A DNA stretch of 64,000 nucleotides, taken from Eledone cirrhosa (lineage: Eukaryota). Location: the NCBI GenBank assembly GCA_964016885.1, contig OZ024750.1:46562001-46626000 (forward strand). Reading direction: 5' to 3'. A program made the translations under genes and the position numbers. Shown here piece by piece: positions 31,788-45,400 of the stretch (the first letter of the stretch is position 1; each line of letters begins with the position of its first letter). A model generated the notes under the pieces. That model made no database searches and had not been told where the DNA came from. It saw only the letters and a list, made by a program, of their open reading frames with translations.

Positions 31788-32930
31788 AATACTTATATAC
31801 ACACACACACATATTATATTGTGTGTGTGTGTGTTTGTAGATAATTACTGCTCCTGTAATCTTAGAAATGGAAATGCTTGAGTGATTATAATAAAGTGTA
31901 TCATGTTAAATGTGATCTGTAAGTTTTCCATTTCTTTTTCCTATATATAGATATATTTTATCTCGGTGTTAATTCAGATTGGTGGTTAATGATCTGACGT
32001 TTAAACATGATATATATGTGCCATTTGAGTGTCATTTGTCATCCAAAAGGATCACAATATTATATTTAATAACTTTCTCGATACCAAATCTCCCGACATC
32101 ACCTCTGGTTCTATTATAGAAAGTTGTTTATTCTAAATGCTCAACCTCACATGAGAACATTTAGTGCATACTCCCCCAGCCAGCTTAGAAAATTAGAGAG
32201 TTAATTATATGTTTAAAACCCCTTAAACTTTGATTATTGTAATAGTTGATTTGAAAATCATTAGACATATATTAACGCAAGGCGAAGCCTTCCGCCTGAG
32301 GTTTATTAAATAACATTTGTCATCTTCAATTTATCAGCTAAATGATGTGAATGTCATATTACAAAATCCTTATAAATTATTGATAGTCTTAGTATTTGAA
32401 AATTATAGACAATTTATTTCATTAGAAATGTAGTAACGAAAGGGTAAAATATTTATATTCATCGAAATATTTCAATCAGTTTTATATTAGAACATGATAT
32501 GTTCCAAAATCAGCTTAATATGGAAGTAGATCATATTAAATGTCAAATATTTTCAAAATTATTTGATAATTTTAGGTTGAGATATTTAAAAGAAAGAGGT
32601 AATGAATAGGTTAAAAATTACTGTTAGTTTTATCTCTCTCTCTGTCTCCCACATAAAGAACTAGTTATTAGGGTGAAGATATTTTTAGCGAGTTTCGAGA
32701 CAAGATAATATATTTGCTGACGTTGATGGGATTTGTGTTTTTTAGCTTTGTCATATCTGAATCGCTCCAGGCTGATATATTTTTCATTTAATTCATCTGT
32801 AGTTTATTATATTTTAGCGATCACCACCAAAGCCATACTGATGCAGCATCTTCTGCTTACAAGAAAACATACTAGTATTTTATTGAAAAGTTTACTTTTT
32901 CATGCCTCAACTTTGAAAGTTATCTCTCAA

Positions 32931-33882
32931 CTAGCAGTAAAGCCTGGCGTTGCTCGGGGCTGCTGTGTTAAAATTACAATGTTAAGTTCCTTTCTTGACT
33001 TAAAAACTATATAGTCTATAGTGTAGACTTCCATGTGGTACTTTTGATTAATATTCCTTCATCCAACAGTATGCCTTATGAAGTTAAGAAAACATAACCA
33101 TAACCCGAATGTTAAAACAAAAGAGGATGCTGGGGATAAAAACTGCACTGGTAATCTATTAACAAAAATCGAAAATGTAAACACTGCAACACTTGTCTCG
33201 GAGAAAAACATCAGCGTAACCAATCTATCAGTTATTTTGAAACAAAGACATTGGATGGACATGAAAAAAAAAAAGAAAAATGCGTTATCTGTCTGTCGTT
33301 TAAAATCATTGCTTCTAAATGAAAATCTCATAAGGCTTTATTCGAGATCAATGCTTTTTTTACAAAATATTTGCTTGTTTTGCGGTGTATTCAAATAGGA
33401 TTGTTTTCAAGTAAAAATATTGTTTTAAAAGACTTTTTAATGGAAATGAAGCAAAATGGAAGCTTAATGTTGAAACTTCGAACTCATGAATATTGCAGGT
33501 TCAAATTTTGCTCGTCCGAAAACTGTTCGCGTATTTTTGTACTTTTGCACGCGTCGTATATTCGTAACGTAAATAGATAGACAGAATGACGCCATAAAAG
33601 GGAAATAACTCGTCTCTCATCTCTATTTATACATTTAAACTGAAAAATCAATACATTACAAATTCGATTTTTGCACTTGGCGTGGGTCGATTTGAAAATG
33701 TTTTTGACCGATGTCTCCGCCGGACCTACATCTATAAGTGTAGCAATTTCACCGAAATTTGAACGTACGGTGTAGGAGGAGATGTGTGCCGACCGTTTAG
33801 TAGACAGACAGACAGAGAGACAGAGAGACAGATAGACAGAGAAACAGACAGACAGACAGACAACCCCAGTTTTATATATATA
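32931..33882 (-). mobile_element. Non-autonomous Helitron (same family as 12540-13204, longer)
   Basis: ctagcagtaaagcctggcgttgctcgggg 3' end; (GACA)n and tatata at the 5' end. Confidence 0.85.
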
Positions 33883-34986
33883 AATTATTATAAAGGTGGA
33901 TTGGCAGTATCGGTAGAGGGCCGGACGCAATGTGTCATTAAGTTATGAATATATTGTGGTTTCTCAACGTTAACATTGAACATTAATCATGAGATTGAAA
34001 CTTATAGGCATTACATCAGAACACATTTGTTTAATAAGCTGCTTTATTTTACTCTTATTATCTTCGTATGAAATAAGTTATAACGATTAAATAACCTCTT
34101 CAACCTCGTCCCACGTGTGTCCCCGTGCACACGTGTATGTGGATATGGCTGTGCGTTTACATATGTATACAGCAGAATGTATGCATGTGTGCTTCAAGAA
34201 AGTGATGAAGCCAGCGCTTAGTTCTTAAATTTATCATGTTTGAGCTGTTAACCCTTTAGCATTTACGTTACTCTATATATACTATTGTATTTCTGCGGTA
34301 AAGGCTTTACCCCACATAATCATCGCAATGAATATCGAATCTCTGAGTACTTCATATTTTTTTATTTTGAGTATAACACCTTAACATCAGAATCAGTAGC
34401 CGATTACGGCTGGTTTGAACAAAAGGAAAGTGAGAGAATTCTGGCCAGATATGGCCGGTTTGAATACCGAAGGGTTAAAGCTTCTTCAAGCATTTAAATT
34501 GCCACTGTAAAGCGTTAACAGTAAAGTATCAGAATTTACAAAATTTAAGATTCCATCGGCAAATTCTATCAAACGTTTATCTAATATTTATTGAAGTTAA
34601 AATTAATGTGTCTGTCAGCTGCATTAAATAGAAAAATCTTTCATTGTGATGAAATTACTTTCCTCCGAAAACTCCACTCTAGCAATAGAAGTAATTATAT
34701 CGCCTCTACTGATAGACTGATCCCCTCCGAGATTGAATAGTCATTATAGCTTATATCCCCTGCTCTCCCCTGTTTCTGTTCTGTCCGCGGGAAGAACGAC
34801 GCAATATTCATTTAATGTTTTGCCCTTCAGAAAATTAGAAGGAAAGAAAATAACATGATCATCTTTCATTGGTGCTTCGTGTTGTTAGCGTTGCCCACTA
34901 CATACTTACATGGAGAAATATTTCCTCACACATACACACACGCAAACACATATATATATATATATAAATAAGTACACACACACACA

Positions 34987-35027
<41 letters not shown>

Positions 35028-35049
35028 CCATATATATATATATATATTT

Positions 35050-35110
<61 letters not shown>

Positions 35111-35125
35111 GACCCACACACACAT

Positions 35126-35233
<108 letters not shown>

Positions 35234-35245
35234 TTATACAGAGGC

Positions 35246-35315
<70 letters not shown>

Positions 35316-35365
35316 GTATATATATATATATATTTATATAATAGAATTACAATTCACCTTCGAGA

Positions 35366-35800
35366 ATAGCTGTATACAGATATATATTGGAATTTCGTAT
35401 TTCTAAAGAAATACGGTATGTTTATAAATAAATATTTAGAAAGCCATAGCTATGCAAAGACATATGAAGTTATCGACACCTGGTGATGTCCAGCAGAAGT
35501 GTGTGTGTGGGGGGTGGGGGCATGCAGGTGAGATTACTCACCTCATTTACACCGAACAGTAATCTATATATTCTCGCCTGTTTTCAAATCCACCCGTTGC
35601 AAGGGCGGGAGGGATCGTCCTGAGGAAGCAGTTCAATTCAAAATACATCGACGATTGTCCCTCAAGCTTCTGCTGCACACCACTAGGTGGCGATAGCTGC
35701 TGGTGCTTTTGCATAGATACGGTTTTCTAAATGTTTATTTATAAACAAACCATATTTCGTTAGAAATATGAAATTCCAATACATATCTGAATACAGCTAT
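35366..35800. mobile_element. Old fold-back element (family G) with decayed HHR
   Basis: About 130-bp diverged inverted arms; AUCGUC CUGAGGA..aaaa..GACGAU; related to 52992-53257. Confidence 0.7.
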
Positions 35801-36625
35801 GCTCAAATTAAATTCTACTTCTATTCTATTATAAATTGATCCAACTTATACAGCTTCTTATGCAAATGAGATTAATAAGCCCAATTACAGAGACAAGAAA
35901 CTATATATTCTTGCCTGTCTTCAAATCTAGAAGATCCAAGAACGGGAGGGATCGTACTGATGGAACTCCTGAAAATTCCCTCCCGTGGAACTGATTGAAC
36001 CCCTACCACAGGAAGAATTTCAAATTTTGAATAAACTTCCGACTGGATAAATAAGTGGACCTAAAAGCAACAAGAAAACCCCTTGTTTTCCTGCATTTCG
36101 CATTGAGTCCTTGAAACGACTCTCCTCATTGATATAGATCGGACCATAGATTTTGTAAGCACATTACAAATACTAGATTGACTGTTTTCTCTCAAAGGAG
36201 TGTGTATGTGATAGAATTTACAGTATAAACCTATTCTATCTCGATAAACATACATATAGGTGTAAAAACCTTGGTTCTTACATATTTTCTTTTCAGCCCT
36301 CAATACGTACTTTTAACGTATCGTTATTTATTTTCTTATATATTTTTTTCCTCTGTCCCTATCTAATTTTCATTGCTTTATCATTTTTTCCATACTTTCC
36401 ATTGTTTTTCGCTGCTAATTTCAAGTGAGATTAACTTATTGTTTCTTTAAATATTCACGCTCCACACTTTACGATATATACTTTAACTACTTAAAACGAG
36501 GTTTTCAATTTCTACTTTTTATTCCTATTGTTAACTTTAATTTTTATTATGAAAACATAATATCTAGACCATGAAATAATACTATTTGCGGGGGACGGTC
36601 AATTCTATTGTCTAAGCATAATTAA

Positions 36626-37191
36626 GACGGTGGATTGGCAGTATCGGTAGAGGGTCGGGGTCGGAGATCATGATTTCACGCATAGAGTTACGACCCTTGC
36701 CATTCTGAATTCAAATCCCGAGGTTAATTTTGCCTTTCATCCTTACGGGGTCGATAAAATAAAGTGCCAGTAATGCACAGGTTATTTGCTGGCCTTGTGC
36801 CAAAAGTAGAAACAATTTCAAGACTAGTGCTATAACTAATAGTTGTTTCTATTTTGGCACAAGGCCAGCAATTACCCAGTACATTACTAGTAGTTTATTT
36901 TATCGACCCCGTAAGGATGAAAGGCAAAGTTAACCTCGGCGGGATTTGAACTCATGCCGTAAAGGGCCGTAACTCTTTGCAGCAAAGCAAGGCGTCCGAC
37001 CCTCTACCGATACTGCCAATTCACTGCCATAATATAGTGTTATACTTGACGTATAGAGTTACAACCCTTGCCATTCTGAGTTCAAATCCCGCCGAGGTTA
37101 ACTTTGCCTTTCATCCTTACGGGGTCGATAAAATAAAGTACCAGTAATGCACTGGGTAATTGCTGGCCTTGTGCCAAACGTAGAAACAATT
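36626..37191. mobile_element. Cluster of three SINE family 1 copies (+ 36626-36817, - 36843-37028, + 37047-37191)
   Basis: The third copy is 5'-truncated with a 15-bp TSD atatagtgttatact (37032-37046, 37192-37206). Confidence 0.9.
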
Positions 37192-37294
37192 ATATAGTGT
37201 TATACTAGTTGTTAATAATTCGAGGATGTAGAATGAATGATTACATCTACCAATTCTACCATATTTCATGCTTAATATACTCGGCGGCGTCTAT

Positions 37295-37335
37295 GGGTGT
37301 GTACGTAAGTGTATACGTGCATGTGTGTATGTGTA

Positions 37336-37369
<34 letters not shown>

Positions 37370-38114
37370 TACGTGTGTGTGTGTGTGTGCGTATGTGTGT
37401 TTGTATATGTGTGTGTGTGTGCGGGTATGTGTGTGCGTGCGTATGTGTGTGTATCTGTGTGTGTATGTATGTGTGTGTATGTATCTATATATATATATAT
37501 GTGTGTGCGTGTATGTGTGTGTGTGCGTATGTGTATATTTGTGTGTGTGTCTGTATGTGTGTGGGTGTGTGTATGTATATATATATATATCTGTGCGTGT
37601 GTGTGTGTGCGTATGTGTGTGTGTATATGTGTGTGTGTGTATATGTGTGTGTATCTATATGTATATGTGTGCGTGTATGTGTGTGTGTGCGTATGTGTGT
37701 GTATCTGTGTGTTTGTCTGTATGTGTGTGTGTGTGTGTATGTATATATATATATATATGTGTGTGCGTGTATGTGTGTGTGTGTGTGTATTTGTGTGTGT
37801 CTCTGTATGTGTGTGTATGTGCATATATGTATATATATATGTGTGTGTGTGCGTGCGTGTATGTGTGTGTGTGCGTATGTGTGTGTATTTGTGTGTTGTC
37901 TGTATGTGTGTGTATATACATGTATATATATGTGTGCGTGTATGTGTATGTTTGCGTATGTGTGTGTGTATATGTGTGTCTGTATGTGTATGTGTCTGTA
38001 AGTGTCTGTATGTGTGTGTGTCTGTATGTGTGTGTGTATATATATATATATGTATATATATATATGTGTGTGCGTGTATGTGTGTGTGTACGTGTCTGTG
38101 TATCTATGTGTGTG

Positions 38115-38147
<33 letters not shown>

Positions 38148-38202
38148 GTGCGTGTATGTGTGTGTGTATGTGTGTGTATCTGTGTGTGTGTGTGTATGTA
38201 TC
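37295..38202. repeat. Complex (GT/AT) low-complexity tract
   Basis: Direct reading; source of the V/C/Y-rich pseudo-ORFs. Confidence 0.95.
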
Positions 38203-38989
38203 TAGACTCACCATGCTGTTTAGCGATATATTTTTAATCTCTCACTATGTGTGTTAATTCATTCGATGGAGGATGATATTAGTTTTCGTCTACCTTATCA
38301 AATTCTATACCTTAGGATATATTCTTTAATTTACTACAAATGAAAACTTTTAATTTCGCCTATTTACTATTTTAACTTCAATTAGGAAACCATAATATCT
38401 TGAGTCAGAATTAGGCAGACATATTGGTAGTATAAAAAATTAACTAAAACACATAACCTCTCTCTACCACAGCATTTTGGTGTTCGGCCAGCAAAATATC
38501 GGCCGGATTCGGGGCTGGCTGACTGGCAACCTGCTACCTTAAACGTGGGAGGGGGATGATCATCCCTAAGATAATTTGCAATCGTTTACAATAGTAATCA
38601 GCTATATATATATATATCCTACTTTTACGCATGCGCAGACTTGTTGGCATGAATTTAAGCTCACAGGAGAGACGGGCATTCGATTCATGTACATCGCCGT
38701 TTGTCCGTTTCCTTGTCACTTCTGTTTTAGACAACATTCTTGATTGTAACATTATTATGTAAGAAACTCTATGAAGAGATCTTGGCCGTGGCACTACGCC
38801 GAATAGCTTGGCCTCTGTCATCATCGAAATATGCACCACGGCCTTATCAATAAAGGACTTTATTATGTAAACTTTATTATGTAAACTGTATTTCCTCATT
38901 CTAAAAATACTCCGACATTCCTATTTGGAAAATGCACGTTGAGTTCTCGAATTGAATTACATCAATATTTTTACAATATATATATATAT

Positions 38990-39326
38990 GGAAAAGAATG
39001 AAACGAAATTTCATTTCTCACTCTTCGTACGGCTGGTACTTAAATGTTTCAACCATCTGACAGAAAGGTATACGATGCTGACGATAGCTAATAAGCTTGA
39101 AACTAGTACATAGTTCCTGAGTCAGTGTTGAACAAAAAGCTGACGGTGGTTGTCTGAACACTGTACGACGTAATTCGGGCTGTTTGTTTACAAACAAACC
39201 GAGCATTATAATAAATGTTCGGTAAACCGATACGTACATATATATATGTGCGCATGTATGTATATATATATACATACTACTGTACGTCTGTATACATATA
39301 TGTATGTACGTATATATACATACTTA

Positions 39327-39330
<4 letters not shown>
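38990..39330 (+). mobile_element. Diverged family R copy, inverted relative to the adjacent array; HHR at 39072-39114
   Basis: ACGAUG CUGACGA uAGCUaauaAGCUu GAAA CUAG UA CAUAGU. Confidence 0.8.
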
Positions 39331-39384
<54 letters not shown>

Positions 39385-39589
39385 TATGTACACGTACATA
39401 CATATATGTATACCGACGTACAGTAGTATGTATATATATATATATACATACATGCACACATATATATATGCACGTATGGATTCACCGAACATTTATTATA
39501 ATGTTCGGTGTGTTTGTAAACAAACATCCCGTATTAAGCCGTAGTGTCTAGCAACCACCGTTGCTCGTTTGTTCAACACTGACAAAGGA

Positions 39590-39632
39590 ACGCTGTACTA
39601 GTTTCAAGCTTGTTAGCTATCGTCAGCAACGT
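39590..39632 (-). ncRNA. Minimal type I hammerhead ribozyme (array unit 1)
   Basis: ACGUUG CUGACGA uAGCUaacaAGCUu GAAA CUAG UA CAGCGU. Confidence 0.85.
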
Positions 39633-40013
39633 ATACCTTCCTGCCAGATTGTTGAACGTATATACTTACCTTATGCATATTAACGGCTGAGTAGCCCAAT
39701 ATGCATATCGAGTGGGTTAATCGGCCGGGTGCACCGAAAACGATAAACGGAAAAAATGAAACGATATTTCATTTTCCACTCTTAGTACGGCTGTTACTTA
39801 AATATAAGTATGTACACGTACATACATATATGTATACCGACGTACAGTAGTATGTATATATATATATATACATACATGCACACATATATATATGCACGTA
39901 TGGATTCACCGAACATTTATTATAATGCTCGGTGTGTTTGTAAACAAACATCCCGTATTAAGCCGTAGTGTCTAGCAACCACCGTTGCTCGTTTGTTCAA
40001 CACTGACAAAGGA

Positions 40014-40056
40014 ACGCTGTACTAGTTTCAAGCTTGTTAGCTATCGTCAGCAACGT
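40014..40056 (-). ncRNA. Hammerhead ribozyme (array unit 2)
   Basis: Identical to unit 1. Confidence 0.85.
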
Positions 40057-40437
40057 ATACCTTCCTGCCAGATTGTTGAACGTATATACTTACCTTATGC
40101 ATATTAACGGCTGAGTAGCCCAATATGCATATCGAGTGGGTTAATCGGCCGGGTGCACCGAAAACGATAAACGGAAAAAATGAAACGATATTTCATTTCC
40201 CACTCTTAGTACGGCTGTTACTTAAATATAAGTATGTACACGTACATACATATATGTATACCGACGTACAGTAGTATGTATATATATATATATACATACA
40301 TGCACACATATATATATGCACGTATGGATTCACCGAACATTTATTATAATGCTCGGTGTGTTTGTAAACAAACATCCCGTATTAAGCCGTAGTGTCTAGC
40401 AACCACCGTTGCTCGTTTGTTCAACACTGACAAAGGA

Positions 40438-40480
40438 ACGCTGTACTAGTTTCAAGCTTGTTAGCTATAGTCAGCAACGT
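40438..40480 (-). ncRNA. Hammerhead ribozyme, G8U mutant (array unit 3)
   Basis: Core reads CUGACUA because of C>A at 40469 on the + strand. Confidence 0.75.
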
Positions 40481-40861
40481 ATACCTTCCTGCCAGATTGT
40501 TGAACGTATATACTTACCTTATGCATATTAACGGCTGAGTAGCCCAATATGCATATCGAGTGGGTTAATCGGCCGGGTGCACCGAAAACGATAAACGGAA
40601 AAAATGAAACGATATTTCATTTCCCACTCTTAGTACGGCTGTTACTTAAATATAAGTATGTACACGTACATACATATATGTATACCGACGTACAGTAGTA
40701 TGTATATATATATATATACATACATGCACACATATATATATGCACGTATGGATTCACCGAACATTTATTATAATGCTCGGTGTGTTTGTAAACAAACATC
40801 CCGTATTAAGCCGTAGTGTCTAGCAACCACCGTTGCTCGTTTGTTCAACACTGACAAAGGA

Positions 40862-40904
40862 ACGCTGTACTAGTTTCAAGCTTGTTAGCTATCGTCAGCA
40901 ACGT
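40862..40904 (-). ncRNA. Hammerhead ribozyme (array unit 4)
   Basis: Identical to unit 1. Confidence 0.85.
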
Positions 40905-41285
40905 ATACCTTCCTGCCAGATTGTTGAACGTATATACTTACCTTATGCATATTAACGGCTGAGTAGCCCAATATGCATATCGAGTGGGTTAATCGGCCGG
41001 GTGCACCGAAAACGATAAACGGAAAAAATGAAACGATATTTCATTTCCCACTCTTAGTACGGCTGTTACTTAAATATAAGTATGTACACGTACATACATA
41101 TATGTATACCGACGTACAGTAGTATGTATATATATATATATACATACATGCACACATATATATATGCACGTATGGATTCACCGAACATTTATTATAATGC
41201 TCGGTGTGTTTGTAAACAAACATCCCGTATTAAGCCGTAGTGTCTAGCAACCACCGTTGCTCGTTTGTTCAACACTGACAAAGGA

Positions 41286-41328
41286 ACGCTGTACTAGTTT
41301 CAAGCTTGTTAGCTATCGTCAGCAACGT
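41286..41328 (-). ncRNA. Hammerhead ribozyme (array unit 5)
   Basis: Identical to unit 1. Confidence 0.85.
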
Positions 41329-41884
41329 ATACCTTCCTGCCAGATTGTTGAACGTATATACTTACCTTATGCATATTAACGGCTGAGTAGCCCAATATGC
41401 ATATCGAGTGGGTTAATCGGCCGGGTGCACCGAAAACGATAAACGGAAAAAATGAAACGATATTTCATTTCCCACTCTTAGTACGGCTGTTACTTAAATA
41501 TAAGTATGTACACGTACATACATATATGTATACCGACGTACAGTAGTATGTATATATATATATATACATACATGCACACATATATATATGCACGTATGGA
41601 TTCACCGAACATTTATTATAATGCTCGGTGTGTTTGTAAACAAACATCCCGTATTAAGCCGTAGTGTCTAGCAACCACCGTTGCTCGTTTGTTCAACACA
41701 CCGAGCATTATAATAAATGTTCGGTGAATCCATACGTGCATATATATATGTGTGCATGTATGTATATATATATATATACATACTACTGTACGTCGGTATA
41801 CATATATGTATGTACGTGTACATACTTATATTTAAGTAACAGCCGTACTAAGAGTGGGAAATGAAATATCGTTTCATTTTTTCC

Positions 41885-41922
<38 letters not shown>

Positions 41923-42198
41923 ATGAAAGGTATAGAAAGTATTGTAGCAAGAAGCCAACAGTATTCCATAATATATAAGTGACTATAGCGTCAAAATGGG
42001 AAAATAGTTAACGTAAGATGTGGGAAAAATAAATCAAACTCAGTTCAAAAAGAATCCGGATATAGATTTATCCAACAGAATTTAATGAAATCCAGGGAAA
42101 AAATCAATAGAGCCTTAACTCATGATAAAACAAAGTTTAAAATACTCATCCATCAATTTGGGACAACTACAAATGCTCTGTAAAGTCTTGAAAAAGAC

Positions 42199-42268
<70 letters not shown>

Positions 42269-42384
42269 TATATATATATATATATATATAAACATATATA
42301 AGGTAGGGAGCCAATGTATCTCCCTGGAGCACTCCAGCCAGTATCTCAAATAACTCTGTCATCCCATCAGGTGTAATGACAGGA

Positions 42385-42828
42385 GGATGAAAAATTCAGA
42401 GCTGTATGTGAGCCTCCTAAAAATCAGCTGAAAAGTGACACAGAAGGGATTGAGGTTAGCTGGACAAGCTCACCGACATCCAGAGTTGACATTTCACTCA
42501 GTGCTCCTGTGGGAGCCCCAACATGAACACACTGGAAGGGGAAGCCCAAGGTTAACGTATGTTGATGCCGTAAGGACAGATACTGCTCTGTTGGAGACGC
42601 AGGACATGGCAGCGATAATGAGCGACAGAGACCGCTGGAGAAAACTCGTCCCTCATTATCGCTGCCATGTCCTGCGTCTCCAACAGAGCAGTATCTGTCC
42701 TTACGGCATCAACATACGTTAACCTTGGGCTTCCCCTTCCAGTGTGTTCATGTTGGGGCTCCCACAGGAGCACTGAGTGAAATGTCAACTCTGGATGTCG
42801 GTGAGCTTGTCCAGCTAACCTCAATCCT
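42385..42828. mobile_element. RTE-clade LINE 3' fragment with inverted duplication
   Basis: LRLAGQAHRHPEL..VLLWEPQH..GRGSPRLTYVD..MSDRDRWR; 42448-42620 is mirrored at 42652-42828. Confidence 0.85.
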
Positions 42829-42874
42829 GGATCCCCGGGAATTTTACCCGCCCTGGAATATATATATATATAGT

Positions 42875-43061
42875 AATTATTTCTACTTTAGGCACAAGGC
42901 CAGCAAATACCCAGTGCATTACTGGTACTTTATTTTATCCACCCCGTAAGGATGAAAGGCAAAGTCAACCTCGGCGGGATTTGAACTCAGATCGTAAAGA
43001 GACGTTACTATGCTGGAAAGCATGGCGTCCGAGCCTCTACCGATACTGCCAATCCACCGCC
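42875..43061 (-). mobile_element. SINE family 1
   Basis: Near-identical to the other copies. Confidence 0.9.
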
Positions 43062-43160
43062 CATATATATATAGTAATAATAATACATTTGAAGACTAAA
43101 ATCCAAAGAGGGCTCGATAAGGATAAATATATATCAAATATATATATATATATATATATA

Positions 43161-43533
43161 AAATAATTCAAAGAACGCCTATATACTTATACAATTTTTA
43201 TTCGCTAACAATGTTTCATCCATACCGTGGGGCAGGAATCCTCAGAGCGTAAACAATAAACATATAGTGCTGAATATAAGCTCTATCAAGCTTAGTCACC
43301 ACAACAGTAGAGAACCAGTAGAGGATAACATGAGGGAGATTGGATATGAGAAGCATGATCCAATCTCCCTCATGCTGGTTCTCTACTGTTCTGATGACTA
43401 AGCTTGGTAGAGTTTATATTCAGCACTATATTTTTATTGTTTACGCTCTGAGGATCGCTGCCCAACGGTATGGATGAAACATTGTTAGCGAATAAAAATT
43501 GTATAAGTATGTAGGTGTTCTTTGATTTATTTT
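43161..43533. mobile_element. Fold-back element with an HHR on each arm (43203-43249 minus, 43444-43490 plus)
   Basis: About 155-bp arms plus an inner hairpin; CGCU CUGAGGA ..GAAA CAUUG UU AGCG. Confidence 0.8.
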
Positions 43534-44099
43534 ATCTATAACGGCTCTGTTTCCTACATTGAGCTAATACGATACTGTCACAAATATGACACTGTGCAGA
43601 TGTGTTTATGCACATATGATCCGTTGTCTACGTAAATATATATATATATGTGTATATATAATCTCGACAGGCACCTTAGGTTGACAGGCACCTATTGCAT
43701 CTCTCGGAAGACACTCATGCCTCTCTGATTGACAGATGCCTCACCAACATGTCCATCAATATGTAAGATGTCCAATAATGGTTCATATATATTATATATA
43801 TTTAGTAGCTAAAACCAGCTGGATATCTCAAATATCAAGCTAAATGAGAAATATATAACACATAGATGCACCCAATGTCTAAGTGCTGGTATCTTCTTGA
43901 CTATGTATTATTTTGCAAAGCAGCTTTAAAGAATGTCACTAGTTTTCCGAGTAATGGGAGATACAGATTGTTGGATTGGTGATAGGCTTGGTTGGAGGAA
44001 ACACAATTTCTCAAAATACAAAATAGAATAAATACATCAAGCTTCAAATCTCCTATGCCGTTGAACATTTTTCAAGATGGACTTATGTTCTGGATGAAG

Positions 44100-44845
44100 A
44101 TAACCCTTGGGGAGATTCAAGTCTAAAGTCTATGAACATGGGACAAGCAATTTGGGTTTCAAATCCAAGAAGGTGACTGATTAGTTTGCTGATAATGACC
44201 TGGATGTGTCCAGATTTCTGTTTGAAAAAGAAGAGTTGTGCAAAAACTTTGTGGGAAAGTCCGAAAATGCCAACAAAACAGTAAGTTTAAGGTTATGTAA
44301 TCGAAAGCTCAGTATTCGGCAAATGAAGGAAATCTCGTGGAACAAGAAAACGGATGAAGCATAAGCAGCTGCCGAACGCAAAGACTCTAAAGCCTTCTTT
44401 TCATATATATAAAGAGGTGTTTGGTCCTAGGAGTAAGATCTTTTGATGGGCAGCAACTCTACGGATGTCATATCTATACATAATCGTTGGGTGCAACACT
44501 ATTCTGATCTGCTTATCAGGCCATCAAATGTGAATATTGACACAAATTAGACAATGGCCAACATTCCACTCATTGAAAAAAAAGTCTGAGCTTTCCATAG
44601 ATGACATCACCGCAGCTGCGAAGAATTTAAATAACAATAAAATCCTCGGTATCGATGGAATCAGTTGAGAAATACTGAAATTTGGAGGACAAAGAATGAT
44701 CAAAATGCTTCACTCTCTATGTTTGCCTAGTTGGAGAGAAGAAGTACGACAGGACTGGATCGATGCTATTTTAATATCACTTTTTAAGTCTGGCTTATGT
44801 GATACCTTTCGTGGCATATCTTTGTTATCTGTTGTTACCACGCAT
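44100..44845 (+). pseudogene. Decayed RTE-type LINE ORF2 (pre-RT and RT N-terminus)
   Basis: Fragments AAERKDSKAFF, RWVQHYSDLL, EILKFGG, QDWIDAILISLFK..CDTFRGISLLSV with frameshifts. Confidence 0.75.
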
Positions 44846-44879
44846 GCCTTCAATCGGATCTGCCATCTGTTGTCCAGTG

Positions 44880-45400
44880 GGTCACAAAACAATATATTAG
44901 TCAACGAGGTTAAATTAGAATTTATCCACTTTGGAAATAAAGAAGCATTGAAGCTTCTATATACTCTGCCTTCAGATGAAACGCTCGTGGCCTCAAACAA
45001 TACAAGAAACCTTGTTCTTGAATTCTCAGATCTTTCCGGGCTAGAAAAATTCACACCATCATTCTACTCAACTCCAAATTTGCCCGACCATCCTTGAATA
45101 CTGGTTTTCAGTGTCGTCTCCTCACACGAAACAAATTATTATGAAAATTGAATCAATCTTGAGGTCAATAACAGAAGGGATAAACTGTATGAGAGGCCTT
45201 GGATATTGTGGTCGACAAGCAAATCTTTAACTATACACTCTACAATATCACAAAGAGCGATATATTATCTATATGATGTGGAAAATATTTCAACAATATT
45301 GCCGAGAATCCACCCAAGGCATGGGCCCCGTGCTATACGCCCACTACGAAAATACAACTCACATACGTCTCAACTACTTCACCTCAAGTGGCTCCGTCTC
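44880..45400 (+). pseudogene. Decayed CR1/L2-like LINE RT C-terminal fragment
   Basis: VNEVKLEFIHFG, YTLPS, RPSLNT / LEY-like and YMMWKI motifs across frameshifts. Confidence 0.5.

Larger units (their letters stand above)
39381..41889 (-). mobile_element. 424-bp tandem array of retrozyme-like family R (about 5.5 units) ending in an inverted partial unit
   Basis: Exact 424-bp period; HHRs at 39590, 40014, 40438, 40862 and 41286; inversion junction near 41695; flanked by (TA)n. Confidence 0.92.

Noticed and set aside
39769-41864. Repeated 60-aa [12 protein letters not shown]... as a tandem gene family
   Set aside because: Low-complexity by-product of the repeat unit; the conserved feature is the RNA motif
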